From assembly GCA_963667175.2 (NCBI GenBank), contig CAXXXF010000007.1:140796-204795 (forward strand): a DNA stretch of 64,000 nucleotides, in the 5' to 3' direction. Shown in pieces: positions 53,925 through 64,000 of this stretch. The stretch comes from Candidatus Latescibacterota bacterium (GTDB lineage: Bacteria; Latescibacterota; UBA2968; GCA-2709665). Every line of letters starts with the position of its first letter. Position 1 is the first letter of the stretch. The translations under genes were made by a program, and so were the position numbers. The notes beneath the pieces were generated by a model, which saw nothing but the letters and a program-made list of their open reading frames with translations, had not been told where the DNA came from and searched no databases.

Positions 53925-55488
53925 CCTGATGACGCTCCTTCTGCTGGCGACGGTGGAACCGGTCGGCGCGCAGGTGACCGCATCCAGTCTGACCGAAATC
54001 CAGCGGGGACGCGTACCGGGCTCTGACTCGCAGGCGGTTTCGACACTATATGAGCAGTTCGACGTCGATTATACCCGGCACGGGCTTCAGGCCGGACTTC
54101 GTGCTGAGATCTTCAATTCATGGCGCAACACCGCTCCGGGATCGCCGCTTTCGCAGGTCGAATACCAGGTTGTGCACGTGTCCCAGAAACACCTGCGCTG
54201 GACGCGGGGGCCCGTGGAGCTGGTTGCGGGCAACTACTACGCCATCCTGGGTCGTGGCGTCACACTCAGGGCCTTCGATCTTCCGGGCGTCATTCTGGAG
54301 AACGGGCAATTCCGTCGCCGCTATTCGCCGTCCCGGGACCTGGAGGGCGGCGTGGCAACCTGGGCGGGGCCTCGGGCCGAGGCCAAAGCCCTGATCGGGC
54401 GACCTGTATTTAGTGACGTTCCGCCCGCGGTTCGAGTGGGAGATCCGCTCCGGAACCTGCCGCGGCGCGACAATTGGCTTGCCGGAGGCGAGGTCTCAGT
54501 ACGGCCTGCCAGCCAGGTCAAGGTTGGCGTTACGGCAGTCAGTCATCACGCCTCCAGACTGGATTCCACCCGAACCTGGTCGGGTTTCCTGGAGCTGGAC
54601 GTCACACCGGCTTTTGAGGCATCCGGACTCTCTGACCTGTACGCGACCGTCTACGCCGAATACGCCGGACTGAATGACGCGCACGTGGACGGCAGCGCTC
54701 TGTATCTTTCGGCCAACGCCGGGATATCCAATCTGGGTGTCAGCCTGGAATACAAGGATTACGAGAATTTCGCCTTCAGTTTCAACGATCCCCCTTCCCT
54801 GGTCCGCGAACACTCGGCCGTCCTGCTCAACCGGGCGACACATGCCCTGATTGCCGATACGGAACAGGGCTATCAGGCGGAGGCCACGTACTCGATTTTC
54901 GGACTGGCCACGTTGACGGCAAACATCAGTAAGGCAGAGAACGAGCTGGCGCCCGGATTCGCGACGACTTTCAATGAACGGTACGTCGGCCTGGACGTCG
55001 AACACCAGCCTGAAGTCCACGGCCGCGCGATATCAACCAGCCTCTTCGTGGATTGGGGCAAGGACGAATTGAAGGGGATCGGGAAGCACAGGACGGCGGG
55101 CGCCGGGATCGAATCCACGACGCCCGGCGGGTCTGTCGCCGGTTTCGATCTGCAGGTTCGGCGCGCGGCCAGACTACCCGGAAATGAACCCGGGTTCTGG
55201 GACGTTTATACCCAGTTCTCGTTCCAGCACCCCTCCGGCGTGGGCGCCGCACTCGTATGGGACCGCACCAGCGACCCTTTCGAAGTCGACGACAACGCCA
55301 CGACGGACCGGATTGAAACGGGTACGCGGACCTGGCTGGCAGTCAGTCTCAACGCCGCCTTCCTCGATAGATACGAAGCCCTCGTCTTCGCCGGTCGCAG
55401 GCGGGGCGGCGCCGCGTGCACTTCGGGGACATGCTACCAGGTATTGCCGTTCAACGGACTTGAAATGCGGTTCAGAACCTATTTTTGA
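53905..55488 (+). CDS. Probable outer-membrane beta-barrel protein (DUF6029-like) with C-terminal CxxxxC
   Basis: GAGGAG RBS; signal peptide; GNYYAILGRG, EYKDY, NDPPSL, GGAACTSGTCY; ends in amphipathic strand MRFRTYF. Family assignment is from recall. Confidence 0.75.
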   Translation: MRAPINSLMTLLLLATVEPVGAQVTASSLTEIQRGRVPGSDSQAVSTLYEQFDVDYTRHGLQAGLRAEIFNSWRNTAPGSPLSQVEYQVVHVSQKHLRWTRGPVELVAGNYYAILGRGVTLRAFDLPGVILENGQFRRRYSPSRDLEGGVATWAGPRAEAKALIGRPVFSDVPPAVRVGDPLRNLPRRDNWLAGGEVSVRPASQVKVGVTAVSHHASRLDSTRTWSGFLELDVTPAFEASGLSDLYATVYAEYAGLNDAHVDGSALYLSANAGISNLGVSLEYKDYENFAFSFNDPPSLVREHSAVLLNRATHALIADTEQGYQAEATYSIFGLATLTANISKAENELAPGFATTFNERYVGLDVEHQPEVHGRAISTSLFVDWGKDELKGIGKHRTAGAGIESTTPGGSVAGFDLQVRRAARLPGNEPGFWDVYTQFSFQHPSGVGAALVWDRTSDPFEVDDNATTDRIETGTRTWLAVSLNAAFLDRYEALVFAGRRRGGAACTSGTCYQVLPFNGLEMRFRTYF

Positions 55489-55521
55489 AGCAAATCTCCA
55501 CTCTCTCAAAGGAGGCCTTCG

Positions 55522-56505
55522 ATGAGTCGAATCGCGACGTGCTTTGTGTCTATGCTCCTCTTCGGACTCAACCCGCCGGAACCCGCGGATGCCCAGAGCG
55601 TCGGCGACGCGGTGCCCGCGTTCTCGCTGACAGGGCTGGATGGGAAAACCTACGCCGCCGCGAACTACAAGGGCCGTGTTCTGGTTCTCTATTACCTGGG
55701 CCACAACTGACCCACCTGCCGGGCGGCGGGTCCGTCCATAGAACAGCAGATCTGGAAGGCGTTTCAGGATGACGGCGTTGCGGTCCTTGGACTCGACGTC
55801 TACAACGGCAGCCAGTCCCAACTTCAAGGGTTTCGCGCAGCGACGTCGATCACGTTCCCCCTTCTGCTGCAGGCCGGCGGCATCAAGAAGACCCACGGGA
55901 CGCACACGTTGCTGGTCGCGGACCGCCACGGGATCGTCCGCCACGTCGGTGGACGATCCGCTTCCGGTCTTAGCACCGCGGCGGCGAGTATCCGGGAATT
56001 GCTGGCCGTCAAGCCGCCGGCAATCAGCCTCGCCAATACATCTCTCGACTTCGGCGATGACGTTCCCGCCGGAGAAGCCAGGACCCTTACGCTCGTCGTA
56101 AAGAATACCGGAGGGGAGTCCCTCAGGATTTCGAACATGGCGTCCGACCTCGAGGGCGTCACGTTCAGCCGGACGAGACTCATGGTCGCGCCCGGCGACA
56201 GCGGTGTCGTCGATGTCACCTTCACACCCTCGGAGGGCGGTCCATTCTCCGGCGCCGTTACCATTTCCAGCGACGACCCTGAAAACAGCAGCGTTACGGT
56301 CGCTATTTCAGGAACGGCTATCGATGTCTCCGTCAATCCCAGGGCCGACTTCGACGATGACGGCGAAGTCGGGTTCAGCGACTTCCTCGAGTTCGCTCGG
56401 GCCTTCAATACCGACAATGCCGCCTTCGACCTGGACGGGAGCGGCCTGGTCGACTTCCAGGACTTTCTGGAATTCGCGAAGAACTTCGGAAAACGCGTGC
56501 CCTGA
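55522..56505 (+). CDS. Exported selenocysteine redoxin (UxxC) fused to Ig-like and dockerin/EF-hand-like domains, 327 aa
   Basis: ORFs 55522-55710 and 55909-56505 share a frame. Reading through TGA at 55708-55710 gives VLVLYYLGHN-U-PTCRAAGPSIEQQIWKAFQDDGVAVLGLDV...ITFPLL with no other stop. Confidence 0.88.
55714..55731 (+). promoter_or_regulatory. Candidate SECIS hairpin
   Basis: ACCUGCC-GGGC-GGCGGGU: 7-bp stem (one G-U) with a G-rich loop just 3' of the UGA. Confidence 0.55.
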
Positions 56506-56523
56506 GCCAAAGACGTTCATTTC

Positions 56524-56561
56524 CAGGAAGAGACACGCTGGTTTCAGCGTGTCTCTTCCTG
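56524..56561. terminator. Perfect 17-bp inverted repeat after the selenoprotein gene
   Basis: CAGGAAGAGACACGCTG-gttt-CAGCGTGTCTCTTCCTG. Confidence 0.65.
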
Positions 56562-56647
56562 TCCTGTCTTGCCGAGATATCGCGAAGCTTCTATTTTGTA
56601 CGGCCCGATTGCAGCGCGCAACCGTCGCACGTTCGCGCAATTCGACC

Positions 56648-58072
56648 ATGGAACCGAACAAAGTCCCGGATACCGATACGCCCGACCTGCTCCAGGCCGT
56701 GCTCTGCTACATTGACCGGCACGAAATGATCCGGAACGGGGACAGGATCGTGATCGGCGTATCGGGCGGCCCGGACTCCGTATCGCTTCTGGATCTGATG
56801 GTCAGGCTTCGCGAATCTCTCGGTATCCGGCTCTGCGTCGCCCACCTCAACCATCAACTCAGGGGCCAGGCATCCGATATGGACGAGCGATTCGTAAGGG
56901 ACCTCGCCGCCTCGACGGGTCTCCCGTTCTATTCGGAGAGAGCCACCCTGCCGCAGGGGGAGTCTCCTGAAGCGGCTGCCCGCGAAGCGCGACTCGCGTT
57001 TCTTGAACGCGTAACGCGAACCGCGGGCGCTTCGCGGATCGCATTGGCCCATACACGCGGCGATCAGGCTGAAACTGTACTGATGCGCCTGTTGCGCGGC
57101 GCCGGCCCGACCGGACTGGGCGCGATCAGACCGATCCGCGACGGCATCTGGATCCGCCCCCTCCTGGCGGTTTCTCGCCAGCAGATTCAGGCCTACGTTG
57201 ACCACCGGAGCCTGCAGGTACGTTGCGACGATTCCAACGCCGATACCCGCTTTCTCAGGAACCGGATCCGGCATCGTCTCCTGCCGAAGCTCGCCTCGGA
57301 ATACAACCCCGCCGTCGAGGCGGCCCTGGCAAGGTCCGCGGAGATCATACAGGGGGAAGATCAACTGCTCGATCAGCAGGCGGAATCGGCGTACCGAATG
57401 GCTCTTCGCTACGAGGGCAAGCGAAAAATAATTCTTGATGAGAACGCCGTTTTCCGTTATCATATAGCACTTCGACGCAGGATTTTCAGAACGGCCTTTT
57501 TTCGGCTTCGGGGCCGCGCGCGCGACCTGGACGAGCAGAGTGTCAGTCGGATGGAGTCCCTGAGTCAGGCACCTGCCGGCGCGGTTCAGGTGGTTTCCGG
57601 TATCTCCGTTCATCGTGCCGGCCCATGGCTTATCGTGAGTCGGCCAACGCCGGCGTTCGAGACCGACGTGGCGGTCCCGGGCGTCACCGAAATCCCGGAA
57701 ATCGGCGCGGTCCTGGAGACGAGAATCCGTCCAGCCTGCCAGGCGCCGGAGCAGGATCTGACGAGCGATCCGTTTCGCGCCTGTTTCGACCGGGATGCGC
57801 TTGCCGGCTGCCTGACGCTGAGAAACCGGCGCAGAGCGGATCGGTTCGCGCCGTTCGGCCTCAATGGAACGCAAAAAATCAGCGACCTGTTTATCAACCT
57901 CAAGATTCCCAGGCCGTTGCGTGACGAAATCCCGCTGCTTCTGGACGGGAAGGCCATCCTTTGGGTGGTCGGCTTGCGTACCGCCGGTCCAACGGCCGTC
58001 ACCCATCGGGCAAAAACCGTGCTGGACGTCGCCTTCAGGGGTGGTTGGGGACGCGCAATCGCTTCCTCTTGA
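56648..58072 (+). CDS. tilS: tRNA(Ile)-lysidine synthetase
   Basis: [35 protein letters not shown]; start ATG 56648. Confidence 0.97.
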   Translation: MEPNKVPDTDTPDLLQAVLCYIDRHEMIRNGDRIVIGVSGGPDSVSLLDLMVRLRESLGIRLCVAHLNHQLRGQASDMDERFVRDLAASTGLPFYSERATLPQGESPEAAAREARLAFLERVTRTAGASRIALAHTRGDQAETVLMRLLRGAGPTGLGAIRPIRDGIWIRPLLAVSRQQIQAYVDHRSLQVRCDDSNADTRFLRNRIRHRLLPKLASEYNPAVEAALARSAEIIQGEDQLLDQQAESAYRMALRYEGKRKIILDENAVFRYHIALRRRIFRTAFFRLRGRARDLDEQSVSRMESLSQAPAGAVQVVSGISVHRAGPWLIVSRPTPAFETDVAVPGVTEIPEIGAVLETRIRPACQAPEQDLTSDPFRACFDRDALAGCLTLRNRRRADRFAPFGLNGTQKISDLFINLKIPRPLRDEIPLLLDGKAILWVVGLRTAGPTAVTHRAKTVLDVAFRGGWGRAIASS

Positions 58073-58095
58073 GCAATATCGTCGAGGCGCTATCT

Positions 58096-60243
58096 ATGGC
58101 AGAGCGTAAAGACCAGGAAGAGACTCCGGCCGCGGAACAGAAGGAAATGAAGCCGCCTGTGCCGGAACTGAATCCTGAATCCGACGGAGACCGTGACGCG
58201 CCCGAAGCGCCGAGGAACCGGCAGCGGCCGCGGCAGAACCGGGAGCCCGGGTCCGGTCCCGAGAACGACGGCAGCGAATGGCGTCGACGCTCAAAGACGC
58301 TCGCATTCTGGGTCTTTTTCGTCCTGGTCGCCCTGTTCGCGACCCGGTTCTTCGGAAGCAGTACCGGCTCGGGCGACGTGGTCCTGAGCTACAAGGAATA
58401 CCGGACGCTGATGAAACAGGGCAAGATCGAAAGCGCCGTCATCATCGACAGTGATTTCTATGGTACGTTGCGCGAACCCGAATATGCAACCAGCCGGGGC
58501 TCGCAACAGGCGTACCGCACCTTTGTGGTCAACCTGGGCGTCATCGGCGAAGAGGCAATAGCCGACTGGGAAAAGTACGAGATCGACTTTCGGTTCCAGG
58601 AAAAACCCTTCGATTGGTTGAAGGTGTTCTTCAACTTCCTGCCGTGGCTGCTCTTCGTCGGCCTCTGGCTGTTCATCTTCCGGCAGATGCAGGGTGGTCC
58701 GAAAGGCGCGTTCAGCTTCGGCAAGAGCAGGGCGAAGCTGGTTTCGGAAGACCGCCCGAAAGTCACGTTTAAAGACGTTGCCGGATCCGACGAGGCCAAA
58801 CAGGAACTCCAGGAAATCATCGAGTACCTCAAGGACCCCCGGAAGTTCCAGAGGCTCGGTGGCAGGATCCCCAAGGGCGTCCTTCTCGTCGGGCCGCCGG
58901 GTACCGGGAAGACGTACATGGCGAAAGCCGTGGCCGGCGAGGCCGGGGTGCCGTTTTACAGTATGAGCGGCTCTGACTTCGTCGAGATGTTCGTGGGCGT
59001 CGGCGCCTCCCGCGTGCGAGACCTGTTCGAACAGGGCAAGGCCAATGCGCCGTGCATCATTTTCATCGACGAAATCGACGCGGTGGGGAGACACCGCGGC
59101 GCCGGCATCGGCGGAGGCCACGACGAGCGGGAGCAGACGCTCAACCAGTTGCTGGTTGAGATGGACGGATTCGACTCCAAGGAAGGCGTCATTCTCATCG
59201 CGGCCACCAACCGGCCGGACGTTCTCGATCCGGCACTCCTGCGGCCGGGCCGTTTCGACCGGCAGGTCGTTGTGGATCGGCCCGACGTCAAGGGCCGGGA
59301 AGGCGTGCTGAAGGTCCACATCCGGAACACGCCGCTGGACAAGGACGTAGACCTGGCCGTGCTCGCGCGCGCCACGCCCGGCTTCTCGCAGGCCGACCTG
59401 GAGAATCTGGTGAACGAGGCAGCCTTGCTTGCCTCCAGGTACGACCGAACCTCGGTGGTTATGGAAGACTTCGAGAATGCGAAGGACAAGGTCATCATGG
59501 GCGTGGAGAGGCGCAGCCTGGTCATCTCCGACTCCGAAAAGAAGCGTACGGCATACCACGAGATCGGTCACGCGCTTGTGGCCAAGCTCGTTCCCGAGTC
59601 CGACCCGGTGCATAAAGTCACGATTATTCCCCGCGGCCAATCCCTCGGCCTGACCACGTATCTGCCGATCGACGAGCGCCACAACTATTCCAGGAGCTAC
59701 AGCGACGCCGTTCTCACCTACGCGTTGGGTGGGCGGGTAGCGGAGAAAATCGTTTTTGGAGAAGTATCCAGCGGCGGGCAGCAGGACTACAAGATGGCCA
59801 CCGACCTGGCCCGCAGGATGGTCTGCGACTGGGGCATGAGCGAGAAGCTTGGCCCCATTTCCTACGGCAACAGACAGGACGAGGTCTTCCTGGGCCGCGA
59901 AATGGCCCAGCGTCGGGACTTCAGCGAAAAAGTAGCGCAGGTCATCGACGACGAAATCCGCAGCTTCGTCCTCACCGCTGAGGAACGGGCGGAATCCCTC
60001 CTTCGGGAGAATATCGCCCAGGTCCACGTTTTGGCCGACGCGCTTCTGGAGTTCGAAGTGCTCGACGACTCCCAGCTCGACCGTATACTCGCTGGAGAAA
60101 AGTTGCAAAAGCCGCCGGAACCGTCGGAGTCTCACAACGGACGGCCCAAACAGGAAGCGGCTGTCGACGCGGAGGATTCGGAGCCAACCGCCGCGGAGGA
60201 AGGGACCGCCGAATCCAAGGAAGCATCCGACAACGACACGTAA
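58096..60243 (+). CDS. ftsH: ATP-dependent zinc metalloprotease FtsH
   Basis: Two TM helices, [43 protein letters not shown]. Confidence 0.99.
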   Translation: MAERKDQEETPAAEQKEMKPPVPELNPESDGDRDAPEAPRNRQRPRQNREPGSGPENDGSEWRRRSKTLAFWVFFVLVALFATRFFGSSTGSGDVVLSYKEYRTLMKQGKIESAVIIDSDFYGTLREPEYATSRGSQQAYRTFVVNLGVIGEEAIADWEKYEIDFRFQEKPFDWLKVFFNFLPWLLFVGLWLFIFRQMQGGPKGAFSFGKSRAKLVSEDRPKVTFKDVAGSDEAKQELQEIIEYLKDPRKFQRLGGRIPKGVLLVGPPGTGKTYMAKAVAGEAGVPFYSMSGSDFVEMFVGVGASRVRDLFEQGKANAPCIIFIDEIDAVGRHRGAGIGGGHDEREQTLNQLLVEMDGFDSKEGVILIAATNRPDVLDPALLRPGRFDRQVVVDRPDVKGREGVLKVHIRNTPLDKDVDLAVLARATPGFSQADLENLVNEAALLASRYDRTSVVMEDFENAKDKVIMGVERRSLVISDSEKKRTAYHEIGHALVAKLVPESDPVHKVTIIPRGQSLGLTTYLPIDERHNYSRSYSDAVLTYALGGRVAEKIVFGEVSSGGQQDYKMATDLARRMVCDWGMSEKLGPISYGNRQDEVFLGREMAQRRDFSEKVAQVIDDEIRSFVLTAEERAESLLRENIAQVHVLADALLEFEVLDDSQLDRILAGEKLQKPPEPSESHNGRPKQEAAVDAEDSEPTAAEEGTAESKEASDNDT

Positions 60244-60276
60244 ACGCGGATCTCGATTCTCACCGAGGGATGGTAA

Positions 60277-61299
60277 ATGGCCGTGTCATTTTGCCATCCC
60301 TTTCGCATGTCCGGCTTTTCCATGCGATACAGGAAATCCCCCTCTCGTCGGCTCGCTTGCCGGGATCATATCCTGCATCTGGGCTCACGAACCCTGATCA
60401 TGGGCGTTCTCAACGTCACGCCCGACTCTTTCGCCGACGGAGGACGTTATTTCGAGCCGCGGCCGGCCGTTGAACGCGCGCTCAGCATGGTCGAAGAAGG
60501 GGCGGATATCATCGACGTAGGCGGGGAATCGACCCGTCCAGCCGGCACGTACGGCGCGGGCGCCCATCCCGTTTCGACCGAAGAGGAAATCCGGCGTACA
60601 GCGCCCGTGATCGAAGCAATCGCGTCCAGAACCGATCTCATCATCTCCGTAGACACCACCAAAGCGGCAGTCGCGCAAAGAGCGATCGCGTTGGGCGCGT
60701 GCATCGTCAATGACGTAAGCGCGATGCGATTCGACTCCTTGATGCCCGAAACCGTCGCACGATCGGGCGCGGCGGTTGTGCTTATGCACATGAAAGGCAC
60801 GCCCCGAACCATGCAGATCAAGCCGACGTACGGTAACATGCTGCGTGAAATGATCGACTTTCTCAACACTCGCCGGTCCGCGGCTCTGAACGCTGGGATT
60901 GCTCCCGACCGCATACTGATCGACCCGGGTCTGGGATTTGGAAAACGAAATCGCCATAACTTTGAAATCCTCGCCCGTCTGGACGAATTCCACGGCCTCG
61001 GCTGCCCGCTGCTGGTGGGCCCGTCACGCAAGAAATTCATCGGCGCCGCGCTGGAACTTCCGCCGGGAGAACGGCTGGAGGGCACTCTGGCCGCAGTGGG
61101 TTTCTCTGTGGCCGCCGGGGCTCACATTCTGCGCGTGCACGACGTTTGCGCGGCCGTTCGCGCAGTGCGGGTCGCCGAACGGATCGTTGCGGCCTGCGAC
61201 GCAGACAGCGCGACGCCCGGTGGGAATCCGGGCCTCCCGGTGGCACGCGGACATTCAACCCCGCAAACGGGTCAACCTGTTTCCGGGACGGAACACTGA
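60277..61299 (+). CDS. folP: Dihydropteroate synthase
   Basis: MGVLNVTPDSF, DVGGESTRP, DPGLGFGK, SRK, RVHDV; start uncertain. Confidence 0.97.
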   Translation: MAVSFCHPFRMSGFSMRYRKSPSRRLACRDHILHLGSRTLIMGVLNVTPDSFADGGRYFEPRPAVERALSMVEEGADIIDVGGESTRPAGTYGAGAHPVSTEEEIRRTAPVIEAIASRTDLIISVDTTKAAVAQRAIALGACIVNDVSAMRFDSLMPETVARSGAAVVLMHMKGTPRTMQIKPTYGNMLREMIDFLNTRRSAALNAGIAPDRILIDPGLGFGKRNRHNFEILARLDEFHGLGCPLLVGPSRKKFIGAALELPPGERLEGTLAAVGFSVAAGAHILRVHDVCAAVRAVRVAERIVAACDADSATPGGNPGLPVARGHSTPQTGQPVSGTEH

Positions 61300-61327
61300 G
61301 TATCTGCAAACGACGGACGGTAACCCG

Positions 61328-62371
61328 ATGAAGGAGAAACCCGGCGCGTACGCCGCCGCCGGCGTGGACATCGAGCGCGCCAGTCGAACGAAAAAAGGCA
61401 TCGGAAGCCTGGTACGATCGACATTCGGCCCTGAAGTCCTCACCGACGTCGGTGGATTCGGCGGCCTTTTTGCTCCGCAGTGGGAGGCGTACCGGGACCC
61501 GGTCCTGGTTGCCGGAACGGACGGCGTGGGCACGAAGCTCAAAATCGCTTTCATGACCGGTGTCCACAATACGGTCGGCGCCGACCTCGTGGCGCACTGC
61601 GCCAACGACATTCTCGTACAGGGCGCGCGCCCGCTCTTCTTCATGGACTACCTCGCCATGGGGAAACACGAACCCTTCGTGGCCGAGGCCGTCATCGAGG
61701 GAGTCGCAAACGGTTGCAAGGCCTGCGGATGCGCGTTGCTAGGCGGAGAGATGGCGGAAATGCCGGACTTTTATGCGGAGGGCGAATACGACCTGGCGGG
61801 GACGATCGTGGGCATTGTCAACAGGAAAGACGTTCTGGACGGTTCCAGGATTCAAGCGGGCGACACGCTTATCGGACTGCCGTCGTGCGGCCTTCACACA
61901 AACGGGTATTCCCTGGCGCGCAGGCTGTTTTTCGAAACCACGGGATGGACAGTGGACACCCACCTTTCCGAACTCGGCGCCTCAATTGGCGAAGCCCTGC
62001 TGGCGCCTCACCGGAACTACGTGTCGACGGTCTTCCGTCTCATGGAAGCCGTGTCCGTTCGGGGGATGGCCCACGTCACCGGCGGAGGGATCGTCGACAA
62101 CCTCCCACGCACCCTTCCGGACGGACTTGGCGCACGTATTTATCGCGGAACGTGGCCCGAACTGCCCGTTTTCAGCCTATTGCAGCGGGTGGGCGACGAC
62201 GTCGGCGCCGACGAGATGTTCCGGGTATTCAATATGGGTCTGGGCATGCTGCTTGTCGTGCCTTCCGGCCATGCTGAGAAGGCGATAGAAGCATTGGGGC
62301 AAAGCGGAGAGGCAGGCTACGTCGTCGGGGAAGTTGTGAAAGATCCTGGCGCCGGTGTTCAAATCCTGTAG
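61328..62371 (+). CDS. purM: Phosphoribosylformylglycinamidine cyclo-ligase
   Basis: YAAAGVDI, TDGVGTK, GLHTNGYSL, AHVTGGG, FNMGLG. Confidence 0.98.
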   Translation: MKEKPGAYAAAGVDIERASRTKKGIGSLVRSTFGPEVLTDVGGFGGLFAPQWEAYRDPVLVAGTDGVGTKLKIAFMTGVHNTVGADLVAHCANDILVQGARPLFFMDYLAMGKHEPFVAEAVIEGVANGCKACGCALLGGEMAEMPDFYAEGEYDLAGTIVGIVNRKDVLDGSRIQAGDTLIGLPSCGLHTNGYSLARRLFFETTGWTVDTHLSELGASIGEALLAPHRNYVSTVFRLMEAVSVRGMAHVTGGGIVDNLPRTLPDGLGARIYRGTWPELPVFSLLQRVGDDVGADEMFRVFNMGLGMLLVVPSGHAEKAIEALGQSGEAGYVVGEVVKDPGAGVQIL

Positions 62372-62383
62372 CTGGAGTAAGCC

Positions 62384-62575
62384 ATGTTGCTGCGCATTTT
62401 CCTTTTCGTCCTGTTGCTGTGTCTGGTTTACCGCGTGTTTCGGGACGTGTTTCGGTCCGCGTTGCGACGGGTCGTCAATGCAAAGGACCAGGCCCGTACG
62501 GACGGGAAGAAGCCATCCTGGCGCGACAGCAAGAATCGGATCCGGGACGCGGAATTTCGCGACCTTGACAGTTAG
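62384..62575 (+). CDS. Small membrane-anchored hypothetical protein
   Basis: GGAG RBS; hydrophobic N-terminus; acidic C-terminal IRDAEFRD motif. Confidence 0.7.
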   Translation: MLLRIFLFVLLLCLVYRVFRDVFRSALRRVVNAKDQARTDGKKPSWRDSKNRIRDAEFRDLDS

Positions 62576-62662
62576 TGTCCGGTCTCTGTCCGCGCAACGC
62601 CGACGGGCAACGGCACGTCACATGTCTTATGGTTGTTCGCTTCTTTCCCATCCAACACGACC

Positions 62663-63691
62663 GTGGCCAAAACCAAAGCCAGAGCCGGCAATTCTCAGGA
62701 TAAACTGACCGCGCAGATCAAACGGGGCGAATTCGCGCCGCTGTACCTGCTGTATGGATCTGAAAACGTCAGCAAGGAAGAAAGCCTGAGAGCCCTTGTC
62801 GACGCTGCCGTCGAACCCGCGTCGAAAGCCTTCAACCTGGACGTCTTCCGCGGCGAGGAGATGGACGCGGCCGACGCGGTCAGCCGGGCAACCGCCTTTC
62901 CAATGATGGCGTCGCGTCGAGTTGTGGTGGTCAAACGCCTGGATCGTTTGCGGGACACGGAAGCGCGGACGTTTCTGCCCCTGATCGACAAACCGGTTGA
63001 GACCACCGTCCTTGTATTTACCGCGGACAAATTGGACGGCCGCAAGAAGATCTCCGCCGCCTTGCGAAAGAACGCCGTTTCGGTGGAATTCAAGCCGCCT
63101 TACGAGAATGAACTCCCGCGGTGGATTCGCGGTCGCGCGGCCACCCTGAAGAAACGCATCGAACCCGACGCCGCGCACATGCTTCACCTGGGTGTGGGGC
63201 CGAATCCGGGGGAGCTGGTCAGCGAACTCGAAAAGCTGGCCATCTATACAAATGATCGCGATACCATCACGCGCGACGACGTCATCCTGGTTGCCGGCGC
63301 TTCGCGAAATGCGACGGTATTCGAACTCACCGATGCCGTGGGGCAACGCAAAGCGGGCGACGCCCTGGCCGTTCTGCACCGCCTTGTGGAACGCGGAGAC
63401 AATCCGGTGGCAATTGTGGCAATGCTCACCCGGCACATCGGGATTCTTCGCAAGGCCCGGTGGCTCCGGAATCAGGGCCTGCCGCGGTCCGAACTGGCGG
63501 GGAAACTGAAGGTTCCTCCGTTCTTTGTTGCCAATTATCTCGATCAGGCCGCGCGGTTCGACGAACGGAACCTGTGGCACGCTTACGAAGCGCTCCTGCA
63601 CGCGGACAACCGCCTGAAATCTCGGTCTCGCGCGCCTCACGCGACGCTCACAGGGCTCATCTGCCGAATCTGTGCCGGGCCGGCCGGCTGA
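62663..63691 (+). CDS. holA: DNA polymerase III delta subunit
   Basis: PLYLLYG, FNLD, PMMASRRVVVV, ELEKL, VFEL, DNRLKS; start approximate. Confidence 0.93.
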   Translation: MAKTKARAGNSQDKLTAQIKRGEFAPLYLLYGSENVSKEESLRALVDAAVEPASKAFNLDVFRGEEMDAADAVSRATAFPMMASRRVVVVKRLDRLRDTEARTFLPLIDKPVETTVLVFTADKLDGRKKISAALRKNAVSVEFKPPYENELPRWIRGRAATLKKRIEPDAAHMLHLGVGPNPGELVSELEKLAIYTNDRDTITRDDVILVAGASRNATVFELTDAVGQRKAGDALAVLHRLVERGDNPVAIVAMLTRHIGILRKARWLRNQGLPRSELAGKLKVPPFFVANYLDQAARFDERNLWHAYEALLHADNRLKSRSRAPHATLTGLICRICAGPAG

Positions 63692-63741
63692 ACCGACGCA
63701 AACCCGCTCCTTCCGGCGCGTCCCCAACCGCTTACTGATTC

Positions 63742-63770
63742 TTGACACGCCCTTGAAAACATGGTAGATT
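63742..63770 (+). promoter_or_regulatory. Sigma-70 promoter for thioredoxin
   Basis: TTGACA-17 bp-TAGATT with an extended -10 TG. Confidence 0.7.
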
Positions 63771-63898
63771 TGACAACCCGTCCGGATGGACTTTATCAAC
63801 GGGCCGTTAAAATCGGCGCCCCCCTGGCGCGGCGCCTGGCGGTGTCACAATAATCGCTTCAACGTTACTCGAACCCGTTTACGAAAGGCGGTGCGGCG

Positions 63899-64000
63899 TT
63901 GGCAAATGCAATCGCAATAACCGACGACAGCTTTCAGACTGAAGTGGTACAGTCCTCCATTCCGGTGCTGGTGGACTTCTGGGCCGTCTGGTGCGGACCA
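63899..64000 (+). CDS. trxA: Thioredoxin (5' part, truncated by the window end)
   Basis: TTG start: [34 protein letters not shown]. Confidence 0.93.
   Translation, partial: MANAIAITDDSFQTEVVQSSIPVLVDFWAVWCGP

Noticed and set aside
55708-55710. Reading the TGA as a pseudogene stop or as a reassigned genetic code
   Set aside because: It sits exactly at the catalytic Cys position with an intact frame downstream, and other genes here (prfA, tilS, holA) use TGA as a normal stop.
56204-56647. N-terminal extension of tilS in the ORF track
   Set aside because: It overlaps the selenoprotein gene in another frame and the hairpin; TilS similarity begins after ATG 56648.
58291-60135. 614-aa minus-strand ORF, and similar long ORFs such as 22446-24182, 7127-8152, 2162-3169, 37912-39093 and 51888-52913
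   Set aside because: They lie antisense to well-conserved genes, have no motifs, and are expected from high-GC codon bias.

Overview
GC-rich bacterial chromosomal segment. It is probably from an uncultured FCB-group lineage such as Latescibacterota; this is an inference from gene content and a dockerin/EF-hand-like secreted domain, not a database result. Most of the window is housekeeping: rho-rpmE-prfA-prmC, secDF, a long minus-strand run from yebC-ruvCAB to valS and PBP1A, an EF-G paralog, and tilS-ftsH-folP-purM-holA-trxA. It also holds a complete minus-strand rRNA operon (16S, tRNA-Ile, tRNA-Ala, 23S, 5S). Four things stand out. (1) A hidden exported selenoprotein at 55522-56505 (in-frame UGA in a U-x-x-C redoxin motif, fused to Ig-like and dockerin/EF-hand domains) ends a three-gene cluster with a TlpA-like redoxin and a Cys-pair-bearing outer-membrane protein, suggesting an extracytoplasmic thiol/selenol relay. 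(2) A 675-nt group I intron interrupts the 23S rRNA at the E. coli 1923 position and carries a LAGLIDADG endonuclease ORF that overlaps the ribozyme core. (3) A PAS kinase and NtrC-type activator sit next to a sigma-54 promoter with enhancer repeats that points at a PTS-IIA gene and a sigma-70 factor, a candidate sigma cascade. (4) Normally near-invariant rRNA positions deviate (EUB338/341F site, 16S helix 30, 23S A-loop). All calls were made by eye; rRNA ends and some start codons are approximate.
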